DNA of 64,000 bases from an uncultured Actinomycetes bacterium (lineage in GTDB: Bacteria > Actinomycetota > Thermoleophilia > Gaiellales > Gaiellaceae): positions 1,911 to 65,910 of the forward strand of contig CAVXZL010000001.1 in the NCBI GenBank assembly GCA_963766345.1, written 5' to 3'. A program made the translations under genes and the position numbers. How positions within the stretch are numbered: position 1 is the first letter of the stretch; every line of letters begins with the position of its first letter. The notes under the pieces are model-generated. The model did no database searches and was not told where the DNA came from. It saw only the letters and a program-made list of their open reading frames with translations. Positions 8,365-16,058 of the stretch are shown here, piece after piece.

Positions 8365-9456
8365 TTGAGGTTACGCGTGTTTTTCGTCGTAGGGGTCGCG
8401 GCGATGGTGTTCGCATCGCCGGCCGGCGCCTACGTGAATGCCCAGCACGCCGGGCTTCAGGTGGCGCTGCGCGCGCTCGGTCTCTACCACGGGCCGATCG
8501 ACGGCCTCGTCGGGCCGCAGACGGTTGCCGCCGTACGCGCTGCGCAGCAGCGCGCGCACCTGCGCGTGACCGGTCTTGCGGACAAGCGCACGCGCTGGTC
8601 GCTCGGGCCGCTCGGCCGCCCGCTCTTCGGCTCGCGGGTGATGCGGCCCGGGCTGTTCGGCTACGACGTCTCTGTCCTGCAGTTCCTCCTCACGCGGCGC
8701 GGCATGTACGACGGCCCGCTCGACGGCTACCTGAGCACCGCGACCGACAAGGCTCTTCGTCGCTACCAGCGACAGGTCCATCTCGTCTCGGACGGCGTCG
8801 TCGGGCCGAAGACCGTGGCCGCGCTCGTTCTCCAGAACCGGCTGCCCGTGCGGCCGCAGCGCGTTTCCGTCTCGCTTTCGGCCTCGCGCACGTACGTCGT
8901 CAAGCCCGGCGACTCGCTCACCGCGATCGCGCAGCGCTTCCACGTGTCGTTGCGGACGCTCGCGCGTGCGAACCGCCTGAGCTCGAGACACGTCCTGCTG
9001 ATCGGCACGAAGCTGCGGATCCCCGGCTACACGCTCGCCTCTTCGACGTCGTCCGCGCTCGCCGCAACGCCGACCGAGGTGCGCGAGCGACTCGACTACT
9101 GGGCGGGTCACTACGGCATCTCGCCGCACCTGCTGCGCGCGCTCGCGTGGATGGAGTCGGGCTACCAGCCGAACGTCGTCTCGAAGGCCGGCGCGCGCGG
9201 GGTGCTGCAGACGCTGCCGGTCACGCGTGACTTCGTCGAGGAAGTTCTGGTCGGCCACTCGCTGCCCAAGAGCCTCGACGGCGATATCGAGACCGGCGTC
9301 CTGTACCTGCGGCATCTCCTCGGAAACTTCAACGGCAGGGAGCGGCTCGCGCTGGCTGCGTGGTATCAGGGCGAGAAGGCTGTGCGCGAGCACGGCATCT
9401 TCAAGGTGACGAAGCCGTTCGTCTCGGGCGTGCTCGCGCTCAAGGCGCGGATGTAG
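8365..9456 (+). CDS. Secreted peptidoglycan-binding lytic transglycosylase (2x PG_binding_1, LysM, SLT domain)
   Basis: A TTG start gives the signal peptide MRLRVFFVVGVAAMVFASPAGA. There are two LxxLGxYxGPxDGxxGPxT repeats, a LysM domain (YVVKPGDSLTAIAQRF) and an SLT catalytic region (LAWMESGYQPNVVSKAGARGVLQ). Confidence 0.85.
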   Translation: MRLRVFFVVGVAAMVFASPAGAYVNAQHAGLQVALRALGLYHGPIDGLVGPQTVAAVRAAQQRAHLRVTGLADKRTRWSLGPLGRPLFGSRVMRPGLFGYDVSVLQFLLTRRGMYDGPLDGYLSTATDKALRRYQRQVHLVSDGVVGPKTVAALVLQNRLPVRPQRVSVSLSASRTYVVKPGDSLTAIAQRFHVSLRTLARANRLSSRHVLLIGTKLRIPGYTLASSTSSALAATPTEVRERLDYWAGHYGISPHLLRALAWMESGYQPNVVSKAGARGVLQTLPVTRDFVEEVLVGHSLPKSLDGDIETGVLYLRHLLGNFNGRERLALAAWYQGEKAVREHGIFKVTKPFVSGVLALKARM

Positions 9457-10834
9457 CCGGAAGCTCGAAGGCTCCCAGCTCGAGCAGTTCCCGGCAAGCC
9501 GCGACCGCCGCATCGTTGGGCCTGAGCTCGCGCAACGGACGCCCGTCGAGCTTTTTGAGCAGCGCGGCGACGCCAAGCGGTACGTCGAGCTGCGACCAGA
9601 TCCCTTCCTCGAGCGTGACACGTGCGCTCCGCGACCGCTTCTTCACGCGCAGCGTCTCGACCGGCTCGAGCTTCGCGTCGAGCATGTCGTACCCGTTGAG
9701 CGCCGCCCGTGCGGCGAACGCGCGCCTGATCTGAGCGTCCGCGGGATCGAGCTGTTCCTCGTCGACCTCGTCGATGCGCGACGTGTTGTTCCCGTCGCGG
9801 CGGTGGAGCAGGATCGCGCCCTCCGTCACGACACCCGCGTCGAGATCCTTGAGGTATGCGACCCACCGCCCGACGGCGTCGCGGTGTGCGGCATCGTCGT
9901 TCGCGAGGTGCGCATTCCAGCGCTCCGCGTGCTCGCGTGGCGACGCCTCGTCCACGGGCAGGATCCACGCGTCGCAGCCGATGCCCTGCACCCAGTCCCA
10001 GGCGCGCTCGTCAGGAGCGTCGGCATTGCCTCCGAGCCAGCTCGCGAGGATCGTCGCGAAGCCGCCGTCCGCGAGGTGCTCGGCCGTCTCGCGAACGACC
10101 TGCGCCGACAGCTCGTCCCCCTCGAGCCAGCCGTCGCGATACGTCCAGCGCCGCTCGGGCGAGACGACGAACGGCGGGTTGCAGACGATCAGGTCGAAGC
10201 GCTCGCCGGCCACCGGCTCGAAGAGGCTGCCGCGTCGAGTCTCGACGTTATCGATGCCGCTGAGCGCGGCGTTGAGCTCGGTGAAGGCCAGCGCGCGCGG
10301 GTTGACGTCGGTGGCGACGACGTGCTCGCTGTGGCCTGCTGCGAGGAGCGCCTGGACGCCGTTACCGGTGCCGACGTCGAGCGCCCGCGCCACCCACGGG
10401 CGCGGTGTGAGCAGGTCGCAGAGCCGAGCGGTCGGCGAGTAGGTGGAGACGTAGTCGGGCGGGTCGCTCGTCGGGTCGGTCGACAGCCGGTCGGACGCGA
10501 GCAGGATCGGCCCGACAGGCGCGATGCGTGCAAGCGGCTCGACGGTGTCCTCGTCGATGCGTGCGAGCTTCGTGCGCTCGAGGGCCTTGACAGCCGGTCC
10601 CCCGAGCGCCCGCTCGGCCTCTTGTCGCGCGACGGGCCGCTCGAGGAAGAAGAGGCGGATCGCCGCCGCGACGGCGGTCTCCGGCAAACGCCGCTCGTGC
10701 GCCTCCGCGTCGTCGATCGCAGTCGACCACGAGTCCTCTCCGAGCAGGCGCTCGATCGCGCTCTCGTCATAGGAGACGCGGCGCAACGCGGCGCCGACGA
10801 TCCCCGCAGCAGCCGTATCGACTGTCGTAGACAC
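9440..10834 (-). CDS. Class I SAM-dependent methyltransferase (N5-glutamine/N6-adenine type, NPPF motif)
   Basis: SAM-binding motif DVGTGNGVQALLAA and catalytic IVCNPPF, with long flanking N- and C-terminal domains. Confidence 0.8.
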   Translation of the reverse strand: MSTTVDTAAAGIVGAALRRVSYDESAIERLLGEDSWSTAIDDAEAHERRLPETAVAAAIRLFFLERPVARQEAERALGGPAVKALERTKLARIDEDTVEPLARIAPVGPILLASDRLSTDPTSDPPDYVSTYSPTARLCDLLTPRPWVARALDVGTGNGVQALLAAGHSEHVVATDVNPRALAFTELNAALSGIDNVETRRGSLFEPVAGERFDLIVCNPPFVVSPERRWTYRDGWLEGDELSAQVVRETAEHLADGGFATILASWLGGNADAPDERAWDWVQGIGCDAWILPVDEASPREHAERWNAHLANDDAAHRDAVGRWVAYLKDLDAGVVTEGAILLHRRDGNNTSRIDEVDEEQLDPADAQIRRAFAARAALNGYDMLDAKLEPVETLRVKKRSRSARVTLEEGIWSQLDVPLGVAALLKKLDGRPLRELRPNDAAVAACRELLELGAFELPATSAP

Positions 10835-10852
10835 AGCGCAACTCTAGGAGGG

Positions 10853-10881
10853 GACGGGCGCCGCCCGCTTCGGCGCCCGTC
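10853..10881 (-). other. Perfect 10-bp GC hairpin (GACGGGCGCC-n9-GGCGCCCGTC), either a leader structure or a terminator
   Basis: An inverted repeat is visible between the stop of gene 10959..11654 and the start of the methyltransferase gene, 19 nt upstream of the start at 10834. Confidence 0.35.
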
Positions 10882-10916
10882 TGTGTGAGGGTCTGCTCTC
10901 TTCGCAACAACCTTTC

Positions 10917-10937
10917 AGCCTCGCCTAAGCGGAGGCT
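10917..10937 (-). terminator. Putative intrinsic terminator hairpin after gene 10959..11654
   Basis: AGCCTCGC-CTAA-GCG(G)AGGCT stem-loop 21 nt beyond the stop. Only a weak U-rich tail follows it on the minus strand (GAAAGGUUGUUG). Confidence 0.35.
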
Positions 10938-10958
10938 AAGAAGAGTGCTGCGTGCCTG

Positions 10959-11654
10959 TTAAGCGGGCCTTCCCGCTGGCGGCGGTCCGAAGAACGCTCC
11001 GCCGCGGAAGCCGTGGTGATCCCCGTCGTGCTCGCCGAACGGCGGCGCCGGGAATCGGCCGTTGACGAAGTCCGTGATGCGCTGCTTCAGATCCGAGAGC
11101 ATCTGGTCCGCCTGGGCCTGCGTGAGCCGGCCGGCCTTGACCGCTGCGTCGACGTTCGTCTTCGCCTCGTCGACGACCGCATTGACGAGGCCGTCGGCGG
11201 TCTTGCCGTGCGCCTTCGCGACGTCCGCGAGGCTCTTGCCGTTCTGGAGCTCGGTTCGGAGTTGAGCCTCGGTGATGCCGAGGTACTTCGCCGCCGCGTC
11301 GAGGCCGGCGCCGTGGTGATGGCCGAACCCGTCGCCGGGACCGCCGTGGCGGAACCCGCCGCCGAAGAGCGGCGCGTCTCCCGCCGCGATGCGGGCCTTG
11401 AGCGCCTCGCCCTGGGCCTTCGTGATGCGGCCGTCCGCGACCGCAGCGTCGACCCGATTCTGGAGCGCCTTCGTCAGCGCGGCGCTCAGCTTCGCCGGCT
11501 CGATGCCGAGTTGCTTCGCGGCGTCGTTGATGACCGCCTGACGCTCCTCCTTCGGCGACGACAGCCTGCCGGCCGCGAATGCGCCGCCCGCTCCGACGAG
11601 GAGCAGCCCGGCCGCAACGCCGATGACGACCTTTCTCTTCGCGTTCATGTCCAT
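10959..11654 (-). CDS. Secreted His/Gly-rich repeat protein, function unknown
   Basis: Signal/anchor KRKVVIGVAAGLLLVGAGGAFA. There is an internal duplication of a helical module (LGIEPAKL...GRITKAQGEAL and LGITEAQL...GRLTQAQADQM), each followed by GFGHHHG or DGDHHGFRGG tracts. Confidence 0.6.
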   Translation of the reverse strand: MDMNAKRKVVIGVAAGLLLVGAGGAFAAGRLSSPKEERQAVINDAAKQLGIEPAKLSAALTKALQNRVDAAVADGRITKAQGEALKARIAAGDAPLFGGGFRHGGPGDGFGHHHGAGLDAAAKYLGITEAQLRTELQNGKSLADVAKAHGKTADGLVNAVVDEAKTNVDAAVKAGRLTQAQADQMLSDLKQRITDFVNGRFPAPPFGEHDGDHHGFRGGAFFGPPPAGRPA

Positions 11655-11727
11655 GCTCGAAGCGAATCAGATTCCCCTAAGAGCGGCATAAGAGGTTGCT
11701 GAGAGTCGCGGTCTAGACTCAGCGTCC

Positions 11728-13021
11728 ATGAATCGCGTCCGTCTCTACGACACGCTCACGCGCACCAAGCAGGAGCTCCCGGACGCGCCCGGTCCGATCC
11801 GCATGTACTTCTGCGGGCCGACGGTGTACGCGCGCGCGCACATCGGCAATGCGCGGCCGTTCGTGCTCGGCATGTTCCTCCGCCGCTGGCTCGTCGCGCG
11901 CGGCTACGACGCGACGCTCGTGCACAACATCACCGACATCAACGATAAGATCTACGACGCTGCGCCGGGCGCGAGCGCCGAGCTCGCCGCCCGAGCCTCG
12001 GAGTGGTACCTCGAGGACACCCGCGACTTCGGCCTCGGCATGCCCGACCACCAGCCGAAGGCGACCGAAGTGATCCCGCAGATGATCGCCGCGATCGAAG
12101 AGCTGATCGCGCGCGCGTACGCGTACGAGGTCGACGGCGACGTCTACTACCGCGTGGCGAAGTTCGACGAGTACGGGCGCCTCTCGGGGCAGCGGCCCGA
12201 TCAGGTCGAAGACCAGGAGCCGAACTCGCGCAAGGAGGACCCGCGCGACTTCGCGCTCTGGAAGGCGAACAAGCCGGGAGAGGACACGTGGTGGGACTCA
12301 CCGTGGGGCCGCGGTCGTCCCGGCTGGCACATCGAGTGCTCCGTGATGGCCGAGGAGTTGCTCGGGCCCGCGTTCGAGATCCACGGCGGCGGGCTGGACC
12401 TCGTGTTCCCACACCACGAGAACGAGATCGCGCAGTCGAACGCGCTCGGCCATCCGTTCGCGAAGGTCTGGATGCACAACGGCATGCTGCGGCCGGTCGG
12501 CCACGCGAAGATGTCCAAGTCCGAGGGCAACTTCGAGACGATCCGCGACGCGATCGATCGCTGGGGGCGCGAGACGCTGCTCGTCTTCTTCCTCACCGCT
12601 CACTGGTCGAAGCCGATCGACTACTCCGAGGAGACGCTGCGCGCCGCGCAGGCGAGGAAGGAGAGCCTGCGCGAGGTCTTCCGCAATCCCTCCGAGCCCG
12701 CGGCGGAGGGCGACTGGGAGCGGTTCGTCGAGGCGGTCGACGACGACTTCAACACGCCGGAGGCGCTCGCGATCATGCATTCCTGGCGCGACCACGACCT
12801 GCTGCGCCGCGCGCTCGACGTCTTCGGCCTCGCATCGCTCGCCGAGGAGGAAGCGGCGCCGCCCGAGATCGTCGAGCTGGCGAGCGAAGAGGCAGGAGGC
12901 ACGGGCGTCCGGAGACTTCGCCGAGGCCGACCGCCTGCGCGGCGAGATCGCCGGCCTCGGGTGGACGGTGCGGGACGTCGCCGACGGCTTCCAGCTCGTT
13001 CGCACGACACGTGCAGCGTGA
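11728..13021 (+). CDS. cysS: Cysteine--tRNA ligase with an apparent +1 frameshift near 12883 (sequence error or pseudogene)
   Basis: Class I motifs (CGPTVYARAHIGNARPFV, KMSKSEGN). The homologous C-terminus AKRQEARASGDFAEADRLRGEIAGLGWTVRDVADGFQLVR continues in the +1 frame and ends at TGA 13019-13021. The total length is 3n+1. Confidence 0.88.
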
Positions 13022-13715
13022 TCAGGTCTACGGACGCCGCCCGGTAAGGGAGGCGCTCCGCGGCAGGCGGCAGATCCTCGAGCTGTGGGCGAGCGAGCGC
13101 GCGCTCTCGGCCGAGCCGTGGCTGGGCGACGCGCCGCTCCGCGTGCAGGTGAAGCAGGAGCGCGCGTTGTCCGAGGCCGCGGGCACGCGCGACCACCAGG
13201 GTGTGCTCGCGTGGACGGAGCCGTACCGCTACGCCGATGCGTGGGAGCTAGCGGCCCAGGAGCGGCCGCTGCTCGTCTGCCTCGACCGCGTCACCGACCC
13301 GCGCAACCTCGGCGCCGTCTGCCGCGCGGCAGACGGCGCGGGGGCGACCGGCGTCGTCTTTCCATCGCATGGGTCGGCGGCGGTGACGCCCGCGGTCGCG
13401 AAGGCGTCGGCAGGCGCCATCGAGCACCTGCCGGTCGGTGTCGTCACGAACCTCGCGCGTTACCTGCAGGAGATCAAGCGCGACGACCTCTGGATCTACG
13501 CAGCGGCCGGCGACGCAGAGCAGACGCTGTGGCAGACGGACTTCACCGGCGGCACCGTCCTCGTCCTCGGCGCCGAGGGGAGGGGCCTGCGGCCGCTCGT
13601 GCGGCGCTCGTGCGACGCCGCGGTCTCGATCCCGCTCGCAGGTGGCGTGGAGTCGTTGAACGTGAGCGTGGCGGCGGCACTCCTGCTGTACGAGGCACGC
13701 CGGCAGCGAGGTTAG
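13011..13715 (+). CDS. rlmB: 23S rRNA (guanosine-2'-O)-methyltransferase, SpoU/TrmH family
   Basis: GTG start overlapping the corrected cysS stop. Motifs YGRRPVREAL, LDRVTDPRNLGAVCRAADGAGA, LGAEGRGLR and IPLAGGVESLNVSVAAALLLYE. Confidence 0.85.
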   Translation: MQRDQVYGRRPVREALRGRRQILELWASERALSAEPWLGDAPLRVQVKQERALSEAAGTRDHQGVLAWTEPYRYADAWELAAQERPLLVCLDRVTDPRNLGAVCRAADGAGATGVVFPSHGSAAVTPAVAKASAGAIEHLPVGVVTNLARYLQEIKRDDLWIYAAAGDAEQTLWQTDFTGGTVLVLGAEGRGLRPLVRRSCDAAVSIPLAGGVESLNVSVAAALLLYEARRQRG

Positions 13716-14641
13716 CCCGCGTACGGCGGCCCCGTCATGTACTTGAAACCGCTGTCGACGGCGAGCGTCACGATCACGTCGCCCGCTTCGAGCTGCTCCG
13801 CGAGCCTGAGCGCGCCGACGACATTCGCACCCGAGGACGTGCCGGCGAAGATGCCCTCCTCCGTCGAGAGCCGGCGCGTCATCTCGATCGCCTCCTCGTC
13901 GGCGATCGTCCAGACGTCGTCCACGGCGGACGCATCCCAGTGCGGAGGCACGCCGCCCGACCAGCCCTGCATCGCGAACGAGCCTCTCGTCTCGCCGCCG
14001 GTGATCGCCGGCGAGCCCGCGGGCTCGAGCGCGACGACGCGGACGTTGCCCTCGGCGTTCAGCGCCTGGGATACGCCGATCACCGAGCTCGCGGTCCCCA
14101 CGCCCTGCACGAACGCGGCGACGCGTCCGCGTGTCTGCTGCCGGATCTCGCGCCCGAGCGAGTCGCGCATGCCCGCGATCGTGTACGGGTTGTTGAACTG
14201 ATCCGTCGCGTAGTGCCCCGGCTGCGCGGCGAGCTCGGCGGCGCGAACGGTCATGAGCCGGATGTCCTCGGCCGTCACGCGCCCCTTCGCCTCGACGGCG
14301 GGAATGACGTCCAGCTCGGCGCCGAGCGCGCGCATGAGCTGGATCCGCTCGTCGCTGAAGCAGTCGGAGATGACGATCTTCACGCGGTACCCCTTAGCGC
14401 GGCAGACGAGCGCGAGCGCAGGCCCGGTGCTGCCGCCCGTGTACTCGACGACGGTCGTATTCGGCCCGAGGAGCCCGTCTCGCTCGGCGCCCTCGACCAT
14501 CGCGAGCGCCATGCGGTCCTTCATGGAGCCGCTCGGGTTCAGGTGCTCGAGCTTGACCCAGACCTCGACTCCGTTCGCCGGCGCGAGGCGGCGCAGCCGC
14601 ACGAGGGGCGTGTTGCCGATCGCTTCGAGAACCGAGGACAT
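13712..14641 (-). CDS. cysK: Cysteine synthase (O-acetylserine sulfhydrylase family, PLP-dependent)
   Basis: Motifs IGNTPLVRL, LEHLNPSGSMKDRMA (PLP lysine) and GTSSGAN. The start is ATG 14641, or GTG 14644. Confidence 0.9.
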   Translation of the reverse strand: MSSVLEAIGNTPLVRLRRLAPANGVEVWVKLEHLNPSGSMKDRMALAMVEGAERDGLLGPNTTVVEYTGGSTGPALALVCRAKGYRVKIVISDCFSDERIQLMRALGAELDVIPAVEAKGRVTAEDIRLMTVRAAELAAQPGHYATDQFNNPYTIAGMRDSLGREIRQQTRGRVAAFVQGVGTASSVIGVSQALNAEGNVRVVALEPAGSPAITGGETRGSFAMQGWSGGVPPHWDASAVDDVWTIADEEAIEMTRRLSTEEGIFAGTSSGANVVGALRLAEQLEAGDVIVTLAVDSGFKYMTGPPYAG

Positions 14642-14652
14642 CACGGCGTAGT

Positions 14653-15108
14653 CTGCTGAACATCGCCGACCCGACGCTGTACCTCTTCGACGGGCACAAC
14701 CTCTTCCACGCCGGCGGCTTCACCGAGCTGCGCGAGCTCCGCGACGCGCTCGCGAGCTGGGTCGCGACCCGCGGCGCGAGAGGCGTGCTCGTCTTCGACG
14801 GAAGCGGACGCGACGAGACGCACGGCAAGCTCGAGGTGCGCTTCGCCGAGCACGCGGACTCGGTGATCGAGCGGCTCGCGAGCGAGAACCGCGGTCGCGA
14901 GCGCGTGTGCGTCGTCTCGACGGACTCGACGCTGCGAGCGACGGCCGGCCGGATGGTGAAGACGGTCACGTCGCAGGCCTTCCTCGCCGACTTCGAGCCG
15001 GCGTCGCACGTGGAGGAGAAGCGAGCCGAGTTGGCGGATCGTCTCGACGACGAGACACGCGCGCGCCTCGAACGCCTGCGTCGAGGACAAGATCCGCAGC
15101 AGGGCTGA
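14653..15108 (+). CDS. YacP/Rae1-like NYN-domain protein (start codon uncertain, probably CTG)
   Basis: The homologous N-terminus LYLFDGHNLFHAGGF lies upstream of the first ATG/GTG/TTG (14785). The frame is open from 14557. The position between rlmB and sigH matches Bacillus yacP. Confidence 0.6.
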   Translation: MLNIADPTLYLFDGHNLFHAGGFTELRELRDALASWVATRGARGVLVFDGSGRDETHGKLEVRFAEHADSVIERLASENRGRERVCVVSTDSTLRATAGRMVKTVTSQAFLADFEPASHVEEKRAELADRLDDETRARLERLRRGQDPQQG

Positions 15109-15110
15109 AG

Positions 15111-15124
15111 CGAACATATGTTCC
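15111..15124. promoter_or_regulatory. Cheo-box / LexA-type SOS operator CGAACATATGTTCC
   Basis: The 12-bp perfect palindrome GAACATATGTTC matches the Gram-positive LexA consensus CGAAC-N4-GTTCG in 13 of 14 positions. It lies 2 nt after the yacP-like stop and 115 nt upstream of the sigH-like start. Confidence 0.5.
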
Positions 15125-15151
15125 TATCAAACGAGGTCCACCGCAAGGTCC

Positions 15152-15180
15152 TTGTACAAGCGTGGACCGTCTGCTATGTT
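15152..15180 (+). promoter_or_regulatory. Putative sigma-70-type promoter TTGTAC-N17-TATGTT for the sigH-like gene
   Basis: The hexamers have canonical 17-nt spacing, about 60 nt upstream of the ATG at 15239. Confidence 0.4.
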
Positions 15181-15238
15181 CTGCCTCAACCTGAGGGTGA
15201 GACTTCGTCTCGCCAACCCACGAGCTGGGGGTTGAGAA

Positions 15239-15904
15239 ATGGCTGCCAAAACCGCAACGGCCACCCAGACCGCAAACCGGGCGCAGCGAGAACTCGAGGA
15301 TCTGCAGCTCGTCCTCAGGGCTCGGAACGGCGACGCGGCGGCCCTCGACGGACTGATGCGCCGCTACACCGGCTTCGTCCGGCTGAAGGCGAGCTCCTAT
15401 TTCCTCGCAGGCGGCGACTCCGAGGACCTGATCCAGGAGGGCCTGATCGGTCTGTACAAGGCCGTGCGGGACTTCCGCACCGACAAGGAGACGTCCTTCC
15501 GCAGCTTCGCCGAGCTCTGCGTCACGCGCCAGATCATCACTGCGATCAAGACGGCGACGCGCTTCAAGCACCAGCCGCTCAACCAGTACGTCTCGTTCAG
15601 CCATACGCCGGCCGGCCAGGACGGCGACGGAGAATGCACCCTCGGCGACGCGCTGCCGGGCTCGGCCGTGGAGGAGCCTTCGGTGGTCGTGATCTCGACC
15701 GAGGAGCTGCAGAGCCTCGTGTTCACGCTCGGCACCGGGCTGTCCACGCTCGAGTCGGATGCCCTTCGCCTCTACCTCGAGGGCTCGAGCTACGAGGAGA
15801 TGGCGGAGGAGCTGGGCTGCGACACCAAGACGATCGACAACGCGCTGCAGCGCGTGAAGCGGAAGATCATCACGCACCAGCAGGGCCGCGAAGTCCTGCA
15901 ATAG
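15239..15904 (+). CDS. sigH: Sigma-70-family sigma factor, SigH (Spo0H)-like
   Basis: Region 2 (EDLIQEGLIGLYKAVRDFR, SFRSFAELCVTRQIITAIK) and a region 4 HTH (SYEEMAEELGCDTKTIDNALQRVKRK). The synteny cysS-rlmB-yacP-sigH matches Bacillus. Confidence 0.85.
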   Translation: MAAKTATATQTANRAQRELEDLQLVLRARNGDAAALDGLMRRYTGFVRLKASSYFLAGGDSEDLIQEGLIGLYKAVRDFRTDKETSFRSFAELCVTRQIITAIKTATRFKHQPLNQYVSFSHTPAGQDGDGECTLGDALPGSAVEEPSVVVISTEELQSLVFTLGTGLSTLESDALRLYLEGSSYEEMAEELGCDTKTIDNALQRVKRKIITHQQGREVLQ

Positions 15905-15927
15905 GCGTCGCTACTCTGCGCTGAAGC

Positions 15928-16000
15928 GCCGGAGTAGCTCAGCTGGTAGAGCACCCGCCTTGTAAGCGGGCGGTCGTGGGTTCGAGTCCCACCTCCGGCT
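15928..16000 (+). tRNA. tRNA-Thr (anticodon UGU)
   Basis: The cloverleaf was folded by hand. Acceptor GCCGGAG/CTCCGGC, D arm GCTC-AGCTGGTA-GAGC, anticodon arm CCCGC-CTTGTAA-GCGGG, T arm GTGGG-TTCGAGT-CCCAC. Confidence 0.9.
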
Positions 16001-16058
16001 TCGTTCTCTGCGGAACGGGAAGGGTCGTCTCGTCGTCCAGCAACAAGGGGGGATAACG

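Noticed and set aside
12003-13715. 570-aa plus-strand ORF spanning cysS and rlmB
   Set aside because: Only the last ~234 codons (from GTG 13011) are homologous to RlmB. The upstream part is an alternative frame of cysS with Arg-rich nonsense.
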